DNA of 64,000 nt, taken from assembly GCA_000320545.1 (NCBI GenBank), contig ADNK01003198.1, positions 1 to 64,000 on the forward strand, given 5' to 3'. The notes below the pieces were generated by a model. That model saw only the letters and a list, made by a program, of their open reading frames with translations. It did not search any database and was not told where the DNA came from. Below, one piece after another: positions 14,240 through 25,639 of the stretch; the first letter of the stretch is position 1, and every line of letters starts with the position of its first letter. Origin of the DNA: Bigelowiella natans CCMP2755 (taxonomy: Eukaryota; Protista; Cercozoa). The translations under genes and the position numbers were made by a program.

Positions 14240-15142
14240 ATGCCTTATTACACAAAATATGGAGACCTAATTCGAGATCCTGAAGCATACGCAGAAACAG
14301 GCGCTCCAATGCACAAAAACTATGATTCCAAAAACACAAATGCAAAAACACACATTTACAGAATCAATTGTGAAGATGGGAAAAAATACATCGGCAAAAC
14401 AAATAACATAGATAGAAGAATGCAACAGCATGCTAATGGTAATGGTGCTAAGGTGACACAAAAATTCAAACCAAACTCTTACCAAATAATTGATGAGGTT
14501 CCAGGATATTTTTCAAACAGAGCAGAACAGTATCACACAGATGAAAACATACTGAAATATGGATATCAAAATGTACGAGGAGGAAAATATACTAACTCAA
14601 AAACATTACATAGAAATAATTATAAATCTAGTAATCAATACCATAGCGAAGCATCGGATGATGAAGAAAGTGTCGGCAGTCATCGTCGTCAGCTTCGTCC
14701 AGATCATCATCGCCGTCCTCCTCCTCGGCGTCCATCCCTTCCCCGTCGTCATCCCCGCCCCCCATGTCCTCGATCATCAGCTCTCCGCCAAGGAGTCCGG
14801 AGAGGAGCAGCATCCAGCCGAAACAAGAGGAAAGATGGTGAAGAAGATGGTAGTGAGGATTCAGATGAAGAAGGCGCGGACGATAGCGAAGATGATGAAG
14901 AAAGTGCGGTCGGTAATGAAGAAGATGGTTGTGAGGATTCAGATGAAGAAGGCGCGGACGATAGCGAAGATGATGAAGAAAGTGCGGTCGGTAATGAAGA
15001 AGATGGTTGTGAGGATTCAGATGAAGAAGGCGCGGACGATAGCGAAGATGATGAAGAAAGTGCGGTCGGTAATGAAGAAGATGGTTGTGAGGATTCAGAT
15101 GAAGAAGGCGCGGACGATGGCGAAGATGATTACAATTGTTAA
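14240..15142 (+). CDS. Intronless GIY-YIG endonuclease with a long acidic repeat tail (300 aa), giant-virus/phage-like
   Basis: HIYRINCEDGKKYIGKTNNIDRRMQQH (GIY...YIG...R...H), GAKVTQKFKP, a conserved-type Glu (AEQ) and YGYQNVRGGKYT. The ATG at 14240 in AAAAATG context is preferred over 14141. The core is AT-rich and intronless. Confidence 0.85.
   Translation: MPYYTKYGDLIRDPEAYAETGAPMHKNYDSKNTNAKTHIYRINCEDGKKYIGKTNNIDRRMQQHANGNGAKVTQKFKPNSYQIIDEVPGYFSNRAEQYHTDENILKYGYQNVRGGKYTNSKTLHRNNYKSSNQYHSEASDDEESVGSHRRQLRPDHHRRPPPRRPSLPRRHPRPPCPRSSALRQGVRRGAASSRNKRKDGEEDGSEDSDEEGADDSEDDEESAVGNEEDGCEDSDEEGADDSEDDEESAVGNEEDGCEDSDEEGADDSEDDEESAVGNEEDGCEDSDEEGADDGEDDYNC
14840..15130 (+). repeat. 78-bp coding tandem repeat, about 3.7 copies (EEDGCEDSDEEGADDSEDDEESAVGN)
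   Basis: Near-identical units start at 14840, 14918, 14996 and 15074. Confidence 0.95.
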
Positions 15143-15272
15143 TTCAGTTACTAAAAACAAAAAAGAATGTTTCGTCAATGATTTTTTTTTAAACAAAGAA
15201 AAATGTTTCGTCAATGATTTTTTTCTATTTTTACTCACATGGCAAATTGTTCAAAACGTCCTCTCCAAATTG

Positions 15273-15364
15273 GATTGCATGCATGTCAAACGGATGCAAT
15301 AAAGTGATCATTTTTTTTCAACAGACGATTGCATGCACATGAGACGGATGCAATGAAGTGATTG
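15273..15364. repeat. Diverged 38-bp direct repeat pair
   Basis: GATTGCATGCATGTCAAACGGATGCAATAAAGTGATCA (15273-15310) vs GATTGCATGCACATGAGACGGATGCAATGAAGTGATTG (15327-15364). Confidence 0.85.
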
Positions 15365-15684
15365 AATCTTTTCAATGGTCATCCCATGATGTAGCTCCAG
15401 AGCCATCTAGCCATGCAAAGCAGCAGCCACAGCGCTCACATTGCATCCATTTGTCTCTCATCCATTGCACGTTTCATGCATTCAAATGAAGCATCTGCAT
15501 CCGATCGTCGATGTCGTGCAGCAGTTCTTGCCTCTCATGTGCACATGCTGCATGGACACGTTTCTTTTGTGCATGCAGCATGCCAGCATGCGTGACATGC
15601 ACGAAGCGAAAAACTCGTGTGCACCGAACAAACAGCATGATCCATCCGATGCATGCAAGTGCCATGGATGATGGACACAGCTAG

Positions 15685-16097
15685 CACAACTGCATCAATC
15701 CCGGTGACGAGTGGGTTTTGAACAAACTGTGCTTTGCGCGTGCGGCCTGGCGCGCTCAATCGTTGCAATTGGACATTGGAAGCACACTGGAGACTGTTTG
15801 AGGTTCAAATTTGATTTTTTTTTCGAATTTCAGCTTGAAAATCTCACTTTTCAACGCCTGCCAGCGGGCGAAAATTGAAAAATTCTTGCCACTTTTGAAC
15901 ACGCTGGCGCATTTGCATTTGCGTGCCACAAGTTTTGCAAGCTGATGAGGGTGTGTACACACTGGCTTCATGGACGTGCGAAGTTTCAGCACACGCACGC
16001 AAAAAGCACACACCTGGGCGCACACAAACGCAAACGTGCACTCAATGACTCTCAACCAAAAATTCATGCCATTCGTTGCACACTTGATGCAGTTGTG
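15685..16097. mobile_element. MITE-like non-autonomous TIR element 1 (413 bp including presumed TA target-site duplications)
   Basis: 14-bp perfect inverted ends CACAACTGCATCAA (15685-15698) and TTGATGCAGTTGTG (16084-16097). Subterminal GGTGACGA...GGGTT..GAACA and ATTCGTTGCA are shared with element 2. Confidence 0.75.
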
Positions 16098-16150
16098 AGA
16101 CAGCAATCTAGCAATGTGATGCACACATTGCATGCACGACGCAACCCATG

Positions 16151-16563
16151 CACAAGTCCGTCAAACCTGGTGACGACGGGGTTGTGAACAGTGCAGCGCT
16201 TTGCGACGCGCTTTGAAGCAGCAGGCAGTTGCAGTCAGTCAAAGAAAAGTCATCAGAACTTGTCCGATGGTCAAACCTGAAAAAATGACCGAAGTGTTGA
16301 CCAAAAAGTCCATTTTCAAGGCCTCAAAGTGTGAAAATTCACACCCGTTGTGCAGCGGATGCACGCTGCGCGTTTGTTCTCTGCCACATTTTGAATGCTT
16401 TTGCGTGTGCGTTTGACCAAGTGTGATGTGCACGAAAAATTTCAAAGAAATGCGAGCAAATCCAACGTCCATTGCATCACATGACGCGCTTGCTAGCTTG
16501 GTCGCGCGCAAAATCTTCCAAATGCACGTTCTGGCGATTCGTTGCAGGTTTGACGGACTTGTG
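16151..16563. mobile_element. MITE-like non-autonomous TIR element 2 (413 bp including presumed TA target-site duplications)
   Basis: 19-bp perfect inverted ends CACAAGTCCGTCAAACCTG (16151-16169) and CAGGTTTGACGGACTTGTG (16545-16563), extending imperfectly inward. Confidence 0.8.
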
Positions 16564-17109
16564 TGTGGAGTTGTGTCGGAGCACTGGATCGGTCAAATGC
16601 GCTGCATGGCATCATCGACGTGAAAACAATGTGCGTTCAGTGCGCATTGATTTGCAGAGCCATTGCAAATTCAGACGCATGCGCGCGGCTACGAATTCAC
16701 TTGTGCTGTGCCTGTACGTAGCTCATGTACTCACGAGAGCTCTCTAGCTCTGAAGATGCGCACTCGATCTAGAAACCATTGACCTCAGATCCCAAATGCT
16801 AGCAATGCTAGAATGGCTGCACACAACCAGACTATGCCTGCATGCCACTCTGTCAAAGCCATTTTGTCACTTACACGCAAATAATGCACAAACGTAGATC
16901 CCTAAATGTCGCAAGCCACACGACACGTGCGCGAGCATGCGCCTAAATTCTAGAATTTGCGTGCACTCTTATGGTAGAAAAGGAAATGGGTGCATACATG
17001 TCTACACGTGCCTCAAAATTAAGTAGAAGGAAGCATATCGCTTGATTAAAATTTATTACTTGGGAATCTTCTAATTGGGTAAGGCTGGCCGCAGTTATTG
17101 CGATTTAGG

Positions 17110-19683
17110 TTATGCCAAATAGTTATCATTTTCATCCTCCTCCTCATCCTCAGGGCAAATAGTATGATTACCTCCACGTCGATGTTGAAGAACTGATTGG
17201 AGCTCTGTCATCAATTCAAACGAAATCTCCAAACTAAATTATCACATAGCAAACGATTAATAACTTTTGAAAAATACGACACAAGCTCAAAAAATGCTAT
17301 TGCAACCTGCTATCATCATATTCAGAAGCTTTAGTGACATTCTTTGTGCTTTTAATATCCTTCTGCGAAATCTCACAGTCTTTATTGTCGTCGTTGCTCG
17401 ATTCTTCGTCAGATATTGAGAACTGACCCTCTCCTATCCCCTCAAGGACATTGCCTGTATCTTCGTTCTGTCGAAGTACAACACCAATAATTTCCAATGA
17501 TGATGATGTTGTTTATGATAATGATTACAGATATGCTAATAAAAAAGAAAAAGAAATAATCCACTATACTATTAAGTTGATGCGTCATATTTTTACTCAG
17601 CCAGATTCAATGGTATCTTCACGTGAGCATACCTCATCCTCTTTCTGTTTACGACGGAAAGCGATAGCCTACATTGTTACATAGATCACACCATTAGAAA
17701 CCGTTAGATACTGTTATGATAACGACTGATTGGAGAAGAGGAGGAGAGGAGGAGGAGGAGGAGGAGGAGGAGGAGGAGGATAAAGGCATGGCTCCGAGAA
17801 TGAGTGAGTGCAACCTTATATTATATGTGTACGACTGCTACTTCTTCTTCTACTACTACTACTACTACTACTACTACTATCTATAACATATTTGTTGATC
17901 TCCCTCTATCTCCTAAGTGGAGAACTAAAGAACTATACCATATCACTATTCAGACAAAGAAAGAAAGATCAAGACCCATATATTGGGTTCCTTTCCTTAT
18001 TCTCCCTCCTCCTTCCTCCTACTCATCACATCGCCTACTACGACATGACACCTGTTTAATATCCATGTTTGCAACTGCAGATGCGAATTTAGTAGCCTTA
18101 GCAGCATCATCATGGGCTGTGGTTGGCAGTGCCATGGTAGTTTCTTTGGCCCCTTTCGAGTCTTTACCACCATCTTCAATTGATGATTATGATAACAGAA
18201 CATCATAAGGCGCTGTTCCCAGTATCATATCATTTGATATGATATGATACTAACAGTCATTGATAGATAAGTTATACATAATAATCATCATTATCATCAT
18301 CATTATCATCATCATTATCATCATCATCATCATCATCAAAGCTTCTAAAAGTAGTACGACTACTACGACTACCGTCTTTCGGATTTTTCGTGTTTTTATT
18401 GCTTATGATGGCCTTTTCGAGGGTAGACTTTGCAGAATACAGAACAAAAACAACAACAACAACAAAAACAAAAACAAAGAGACGACATACATCAAGATAC
18501 ATCAGAGAGATTTTACACACGCACACGCACACACACTCACATAAACATGAACATGGACATCGACAACTACGCATTCTATCTTCAGCGTCAACTACTCGGC
18601 TAAGTACCGTGAAATATAACGACATGAACGTGTAATATGATAGCAGTTAGCTTCACCAATGCATACTACTACTGCTACTACTTCTACTACTTCAAAGATG
18701 CGAAATGCATATCTATTGAGATCAAGATAAATTATTAAGTTTGGATGTATGCATAGCCATCATTATCTTTGAATAATTTGAAGAACAAATGCCATCCCAG
18801 TCATTACCATCTTCATTGCATTGCTGATGCTTTCATCTATCAGCATAAGAGAGAAATAACTCACTCGCTCACCTTAGATCTTAGCAATAGTTGTTTGGAA
18901 GCATCAATGACCTTTCGATTCACAACAATAGGAGAGGCAATACGTTGATCAGGGTTGGGGGTATTACAACGATAACGTCAAACAATAAGCGCGTGTTTCT
19001 TTCTTCATTTGCGAGTCGTCACTACCGATATCATATACTGAAGTTCAATGAGAGTTGCTTTAGCGGCTGCTTCTTCATCTTGCTCCTTTTCATCATTTTC
19101 GTCGTATTTATCATCATTATCAAGGAGGGTCTGTCTTTCTTGATTGCCAGCAGCATTTTCTTTGTTTTTCTTATTTTCTTTCATTTCTTCATTTTTGTTG
19201 TACTTTTTCTCCTCCTTGCTGCACGCATCATTAATTCTCTCTCTGTGTTGTTGTTGCAGTTGTTTTTGCAACATGTTGGCTTTTTGGCTTTGATCGTCGG
19301 TACAATTCTCTCTTCCTACATCTCGTTGCAAGGATGGTGATGGTGATGGTGATGGTGATGGTGATGGTGATGATGACATGGCTCCTGCATTCTTTTTGGT
19401 TGGAATACTCGACGATAATACGACATTGCTACTGCTGGTCGTGGTGGTGGTGGAAGAAGAAGATGAAGAAGAAAAAGTATTATTTGTTATAATATCCCTT
19501 TGTTCTCTCGTCAAGCTTTCCTTCCTTTGTTGGTCCCCCCCTTGACTTTCAGTCTCTAATTTATGAAAGAAGGCTTCCAAACGAGTAAGGACACTTATGC
19601 AATAGCCTTCAATGACACCTGAGTGAAGATGATGATGCGATCATTCAGATGGCTGTCGCAATGAGGAGACAGCGAGTCAGCGA

Positions 19684-19733
<50 letters not shown>

Positions 19734-19737
19734 TGGC

Positions 19738-19784
<47 letters not shown>

Positions 19785-20437
19785 GTCTCTGAATGATATA
19801 ATATTGCGGAAGTCAGAATGCTGGTTCGAAAACTATTGAAGCACAAATATTGGTCTCTTCTTCTTCTTCTTCTTCTTCTTCTTCTTCTGGGTGTTAATGT
19901 TTTTATTCTCTAACAAATAGAACTATGCAAGAAGGAGAGACCGTCGTGTTATTACTGTATAAAGCCAGAATAAAGTCATGACGAACAACAACACAACAAC
20001 ACATATTTGTCAATATAGTAGTAGTAGTACTGACCAAGGTTCTGCGTGACAATGCTTCTTGCCTTAGAAGTAGTGCTTGGTAGTAACACTTCTTTTCCAT
20101 CAAATTTATTCCCCTAAAAGTAGACGGTGCGTTCATAAGAAAGTAGGAGTAGTAGTAGAAGTAGTAGTAGTAGACGATGCGTTCATAAGAGAGCAGTAAA
20201 AGAAGTAGTAGTAGTGGTAGTAATAGGCAGTGATGGCGAATGACGACAAGGGTGATGATGGTGGTAGTAATAATATAAAGATGGTGGTAGTAGTAACAAT
20301 AAAGATAATAAGGAAAATCTCAATTTTTGACCTCCTGTGTGGTGCAAGAAAGATAATAAAACATTCAGCAGTAGAGCTATTATTGTGTGTTATTGAGAAC
20401 CGATGATGATGATGATGATGATGATGATCCTGATTTA

Positions 20438-20474
<37 letters not shown>

Positions 20475-21317
20475 TAGACTTATGATTTCGGAACCCAGAT
20501 GGAGATGATAAAGCGATGAAAGCACTCTCAAGTTTCCTCTATTGTGTATTATTATTATGCATGTATGTTAGTATGTAATATCAACACATCGCAGAATCGA
20601 CTTCAAGAGATCCAATCGTAAATATCATCTTTGAATGCTATTGTATTTTGGGGCTCTCCATCCATCATGTTCTGCTATCATCGGTGTTGTTCTCTTTGTT
20701 ACAGTACAACTACGTTTGTGTGCGTGTTGGAACATCCACCTCACATCTCTCATTCAATAGCCATGACTCTCTACTCACTCACCGTTAAAGAAAGATACTG
20801 AAGAATTTTTTGTTCTATACAGCTGCTGAATTGTCGTTTTCGACTGCAGCAGCACAATATATTGAAGAGATGATGATGATGATGTTGATGGTCCAAATTT
20901 CTCTGAATCCATCGTAGCTGAGAGAATATATACGCCTTCCAGGTCTGTGGTATGGTAGTTGTGATGATCTCAATGATGATGAAAATGTTAATGATGATAA
21001 TGATGATGGCACACCTTCATTGCCCTTGTATGAAGACATTTCAATGAAGAGATAGAGAAGGAGGTGGTGGATGGTGGCGAGAAGCTATGGTTGGTAACAG
21101 GAACAACAAGACAACTTCTCGCCCCTTCTTCTACTCCTTCGCTGGCAGGATCAATCAGTATCTATAGAAGAAGAAAGAGAGAGAGAGAGAGGAGAGAGGA
21201 GAGAGAGGTTGGATAGGAATTTAAGGAGGGAGCAGACATTAGAAAGGTAGTAAGAACGAAATACTACTTTTATGCGTATATTCATGGTGACAGGTGTTTT
21301 AGAACTCGCCCCCCCCC

Positions 21318-21364
<47 letters not shown>

Positions 21365-23559
21365 GCCCACACTTCTACTACCACTTCTATTACTACTACT
21401 ACTAGTAGTAGTAGTAGTAGTAGTAGTAGTACCTGTATGATTTCCCTTATAATGGTAGGGTATTGCCTGCGAAACAAGCTCGTAGAATAGCCTCTCCAGA
21501 ATAATAGGAACGATGAAGACGATGACGACCATATCGATTCTGATATACATACATAAGGAGATAGGTATGGTGGCGGTGAAGGGGAAAGCTCATCTATCAT
21601 ATTCTGCTGCTGCTGCTAAGTGATAGCTCAGAGTAGTTGAGAGTAATTGTTCGTTATTGTTTGTGATAATCATGTGCGCAAGGGTAGTCTACTCTACCAC
21701 TGCTGCTACTACTGCTACCTGATAAGAAAGGCTTTGGAGCTTCAAGACCTCTCATTGCATCATATCGAAGGTGATATCTGAGTTTCATTCAATTGAGCGA
21801 TCAACGTGCAAACATACAAACGAACGAATGAACAAGGAAGATGCAGCATTCAGTCAAACATCGATACTATTTAATGTCAAAACTCGGAGATGAGAAAAAG
21901 AATTATAATGGCAAATAATAACACCCGAAAATAGTGATATTAATCGTGAGTATAAGGGCTCGAAAAAAGGATGCATGTGAAAACAATCAACACTAGTAGA
22001 ACTACAACTTCTACGAGTCCTTCTCACCCTTTGCTCACCAGCTCTTGCTCAACTGCCTAATCGTCAAAGCAGTGTTGTTTTTGAAAACACTATTCATGTC
22101 ACATGCTGACGTTGGTGTGTGTGATTATGGTGTAGGTTGCGAAGTAGAGGAATTCAAAAGAAAAGAAGAAGAAGAAGAAGAAGATTAAAAGTAATAAAAC
22201 ATATGATAGAAGTATGGTTTGATATCATCTTCGTACACAAGGTAATTAAGTACTTGTTGGATTCCAATTCTTGCTCTCTTCTCCAAACGCTTCCATGTCC
22301 TATTATCAAAACATCACGAGGAGTGAAGGAGGAGGAGGAGGAGGGGCAATAAACACCAGCAGGAACAACTCAATCAAGTATATCGACTTCAGCGTCATCT
22401 CAAGGATCATTCGCAACTACTATTCTGTAGATGGTGCAATTGCTCTGCTGATAAGCATTATTTCTAACACCCCCCCCTCTCCCCCCCTTTCCCTTTCCAT
22501 TTTACATTGCCAAGTATCGTAAGTGACTAATCAGTCGCAAATACTCTTCCCAAACCTACAGAAAACGAATATTTCATATGTCATACTTGTATGCGTATTG
22601 CTAATTTTGTGAAGTAGATTTTTAGCGAAACACACACATGAGCGATATTTAGTGTAAAGTAGCGATTATTACCATTATCTGGAAGACTATTGGCAACGAT
22701 AGAGGGACTGTTAAAAGTAAGCAAACGACGGCCACAGAAGTTGCTTCTTCCCATGATATCACTCGTCCGAGTAACATCATAATGATCATCATCATGGCTA
22801 CTATTAAAACCACATTTCCAAAAAATATGATAAATTTTCCTTGCGCTGCAAGCCTCTTCATGTTTTTACTTCTGCTATCCCAAATTTCATCTTCCTCGGC
22901 CTCCAAAGTCCGTCGTCGTTGTTTCACTTGTTTCTGCTTCATATGATGGGGAATAGATGAACGTCCACCTAATATTCTGCTATTTTTCGAGCAGCTGCAG
23001 CACTTTAATGCCCCTATTTGTGTCTCCAAAAGGGCCCTCATGTTACCGTGGATCTTATTCGAACCGTGCTCGAGCAACCGCTCTACTTTACATATTATTG
23101 TGAGTGCTGCTTCAAAAATACAGCTATACAATATGGATACTGTTGCCAGGGTCGGAAGCCATGCCATAAAATTTCCCCTATTCCCTGAAAGTAGCATTGA
23201 TACAAGGGTAATCATACTGCCGTGATGGTACATTGGAATATGATGTATGGCTCTCGTGTTCCTAACTTATTCTTCTTACCAGGTTTGTGCTGCGGATTTT
23301 GAGGGAACCTCTGAGACGATTTTCCATCTCCATGCTCTCGTCCTCCTTCATTTTCTTGTGTTATTCCTCGATTTCTCGGCCGGAATTCCGTTTTATCACG
23401 AGCTGGCATTGTTTTAAGCGACTCCATGAAGTACGCACCAAGGGGAGAATCGTCAAATACAAGCACTTCGCCCTGATCATCATCATCTACTTGCGTTTTT
23501 AGGCCATCATTGAGAGGGGTAGCGTCATCACTGACTGTGATACCGGAATTGTCCGCCAT
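17110..23559 (-). CDS. Large multi-exon protein of unknown function with several predicted transmembrane segments and long low-complexity regions
   Basis: Long minus-strand open exons at 23280-23559, about 22680-23230 (hydrophobic helices FIIFFGNVVLIVAMMMIIMMLL and VAVVCLLLTVPLSLPIVF), about 19020-19580 and 17308-17497. The last exon ...LEISFELMTELQ...NDNYLA-TAA (17110-17112) joins in phase. The internal exon chain is not fully resolved. Confidence 0.6.
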
Positions 23560-24382
23560 GGACTCTCCCCCCTCTCTGGGTCTCGGGCCTGCTTGTTTTC
23601 GTTCTGGGAGCTGGTTCTGCAGTAGAGTATCGACGTCGACGGAGTCGGTTAGAAGATTGCGACAAGGAAATATCCTGCAAATATCTGGAAAAAATACTCA
23701 TTTTTGCTGTGTGTGACGACGACGCGGTTGAACAGAGGACAACCAAATCCCGAAGACTTCGAAATTGCGACAATGAAATAGCGCAATTCTCTTCGTCTCA
23801 AATATGTGATTAATAATATTACCTAAACTAGGCTACATGCACTTTATTCATAAAATTGGTTGTTACTTTGTTGTCGTAGCCTCGCAATGCAGCCAGAATG
23901 TACGAAGTAGTACGTAACAAAGTAACAATGTAACAATGCGTGTGTGTGCCTCAAAACCCTTCCTTTCTTCGGGTCTGTCGGTTCCGGTCGGGAGTACACT
24001 ACCTTCTCATAAGGGAAAAGAGCATTCGGTATGTTGAGCAACGAACTTGAAACGAAGGGAGGAAGTACAGGTGAGCAATATGCGAGAGCAATAAGAGCAC
24101 AAAAGGACCGATTAAGTTCCACTGAGAGAACTAAATGTTTAAATGTGCAACACAACGATGATGTCTTGTATTGCACAAACGTACAGGGCAAAACGGTTCA
24201 TTTTGTTTGGCCATTGTGTGCTGCCATTGGTACTATGGGTTATTTATGTACATATCTATCCGCTGCTTTGGACCAACACCGAGACGATGATAAAACGTAC
24301 CAAAAGCCATATCTTTGTACCTCAATCCGTATACGACCAAAGACGACTACCCCTCGAATTATTCTCTCTCCTTCCTCTTAAA

Positions 24383-25418
24383 ATGAATACAACTAAAAGT
24401 GGTAGCACTTACCGTAGAATGAAAAGGTCCCTAGATGCTCCTTCCTTTACAGTTCAAGAAAGTACGCCGAAGAAGCATCGAAGGTGTACAAGCGACCAGT
24501 TCTATTTAAGGAATTCACAAAAACGGCATGGTGGAAGTTATTTAAATAGCGGTAGTAGTAATTTTGATGGCCATGCATTTGCAAATGGACTCGCAACTCC
24601 AAGGAGCCCGCTCAAAGGGTGTATGAGTACAGAACATAGCGAACAGAAAGGAAGAAGACTCACACAATCTTCCAATCCGTTTACGATCTCTAGAAAGAGT
24701 GGACGAAATATTAGAAATCACCGTGCGAGAAGACGCATCGATATCTCATCGCACTCTCGATCTGCTCAAAATTTAAGCAAATTTAGCAGACCTCCACGTT
24801 CAAAATCATCATCCAGCTCTTTTTCACAGAGGGGGCACAGCATGGATCTTGACCAACCGGGAGATAGAACACAAACAGCGTTGTCCTACTCGCCTTCTGC
24901 GTCATATTTTGCAGCTGATTTCAATGGAACTGATACGAGTCGTTCACCACCGCCTTCTTCGTTTGGTCGTTATCCACCATGGACACCAGCATCACCTACT
25001 GCTTTGCCAATGTAACTCTAATACTGTTTCCCTTCCATATTTTTCTGTCTTTTGAGAGTATCTACCAAATAAACCTGAAAGGTTCACCAATCAAAGAGCT
25101 CGAAGTCGCAGTTATCAAAATTGTCCTCTGCTCTCCGTTCAGAGTCGTAACGATATGGAAGAAAAGGTGTCAAAGAAGGAGCTGTACCTTTTATCTATAA
25201 TCTGTTTCATGTTAATGAAACCTTATAATACGAGTGCACATGTATAGTATGCACGTGTACTTTATAAAATTGTATATTTAAATATGGAATCTTTTTCTAC
25301 AAATATGCAGAGTGCCCCGTCAACCCCAACGGTTACTCGCCGCTCATACAAAAAAGATTTTCCATGGAAGTTTACAAGCCCTAAAGCAAAAGGGTTTTCG
25401 AGGATGGCGTTTGACTAG
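24383..25418 (+). CDS. Ser/Arg/Pro-rich, probably disordered protein of unknown function (about 3 exons)
   Basis: A 210-codon open exon (MNTTKSGSTYRRMKRSLD...) is followed by apparent exons YLPNKPERF...DMEEK and SAPSTPT...RMAFD-TAG. Many SP/TP motifs. The first junction is not precisely resolved. Confidence 0.65.
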
Positions 25419-25639
25419 TTCCTGTTATAGCTATTCACGCGTCATACTAGTATCTTAGCACAATATACGTTAATATACCTGGAAAGTAAGTTTAAAAGTG
25501 GAATGATTTTTATCTCCACACATATGCAGGTTACATTTTTTCCTTTCAGTGCTAAATGATAATGATGCGATTATTGATATCAAGATTTATAAACATACAA
25601 AGCATAAATGACAAAACCGTATATGTGGTTTGGTATCGA

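Noticed and set aside
14840-15130. Regular repeats resembling a CRISPR array
   Set aside because: Units are contiguous, in-frame and have no unique spacers. The context is eukaryotic and there are no cas genes.
14240-15142. Penelope-like retroelement or group I intron homing endonuclease
   Set aside because: No reverse transcriptase ORF and no host intron or ribozyme structure is seen nearby.
14559-15302. 247-aa alternative-frame ORF overlapping the GIY-YIG tail
   Set aside because: It stays open because the 78-bp repeat lacks stops in that frame. Its Met/Lys-rich composition is a frameshifted read of the acidic repeat.
15413-16747. Many overlapping Cys/His/Met-rich ORFs on both strands
   Set aside because: They are a by-product of TpA depletion, which removes TAA/TAG stops and creates TGC/CAT/ATG codons. 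No protein motif is recognisable.
13898-16777. Possible large TIR element enclosing the GIY-YIG gene and MITEs (GGTTTCTAG ... CTAGAAACC)
   Set aside because: Only a 9-bp inverted match with no target-site duplication, which is expected by chance.
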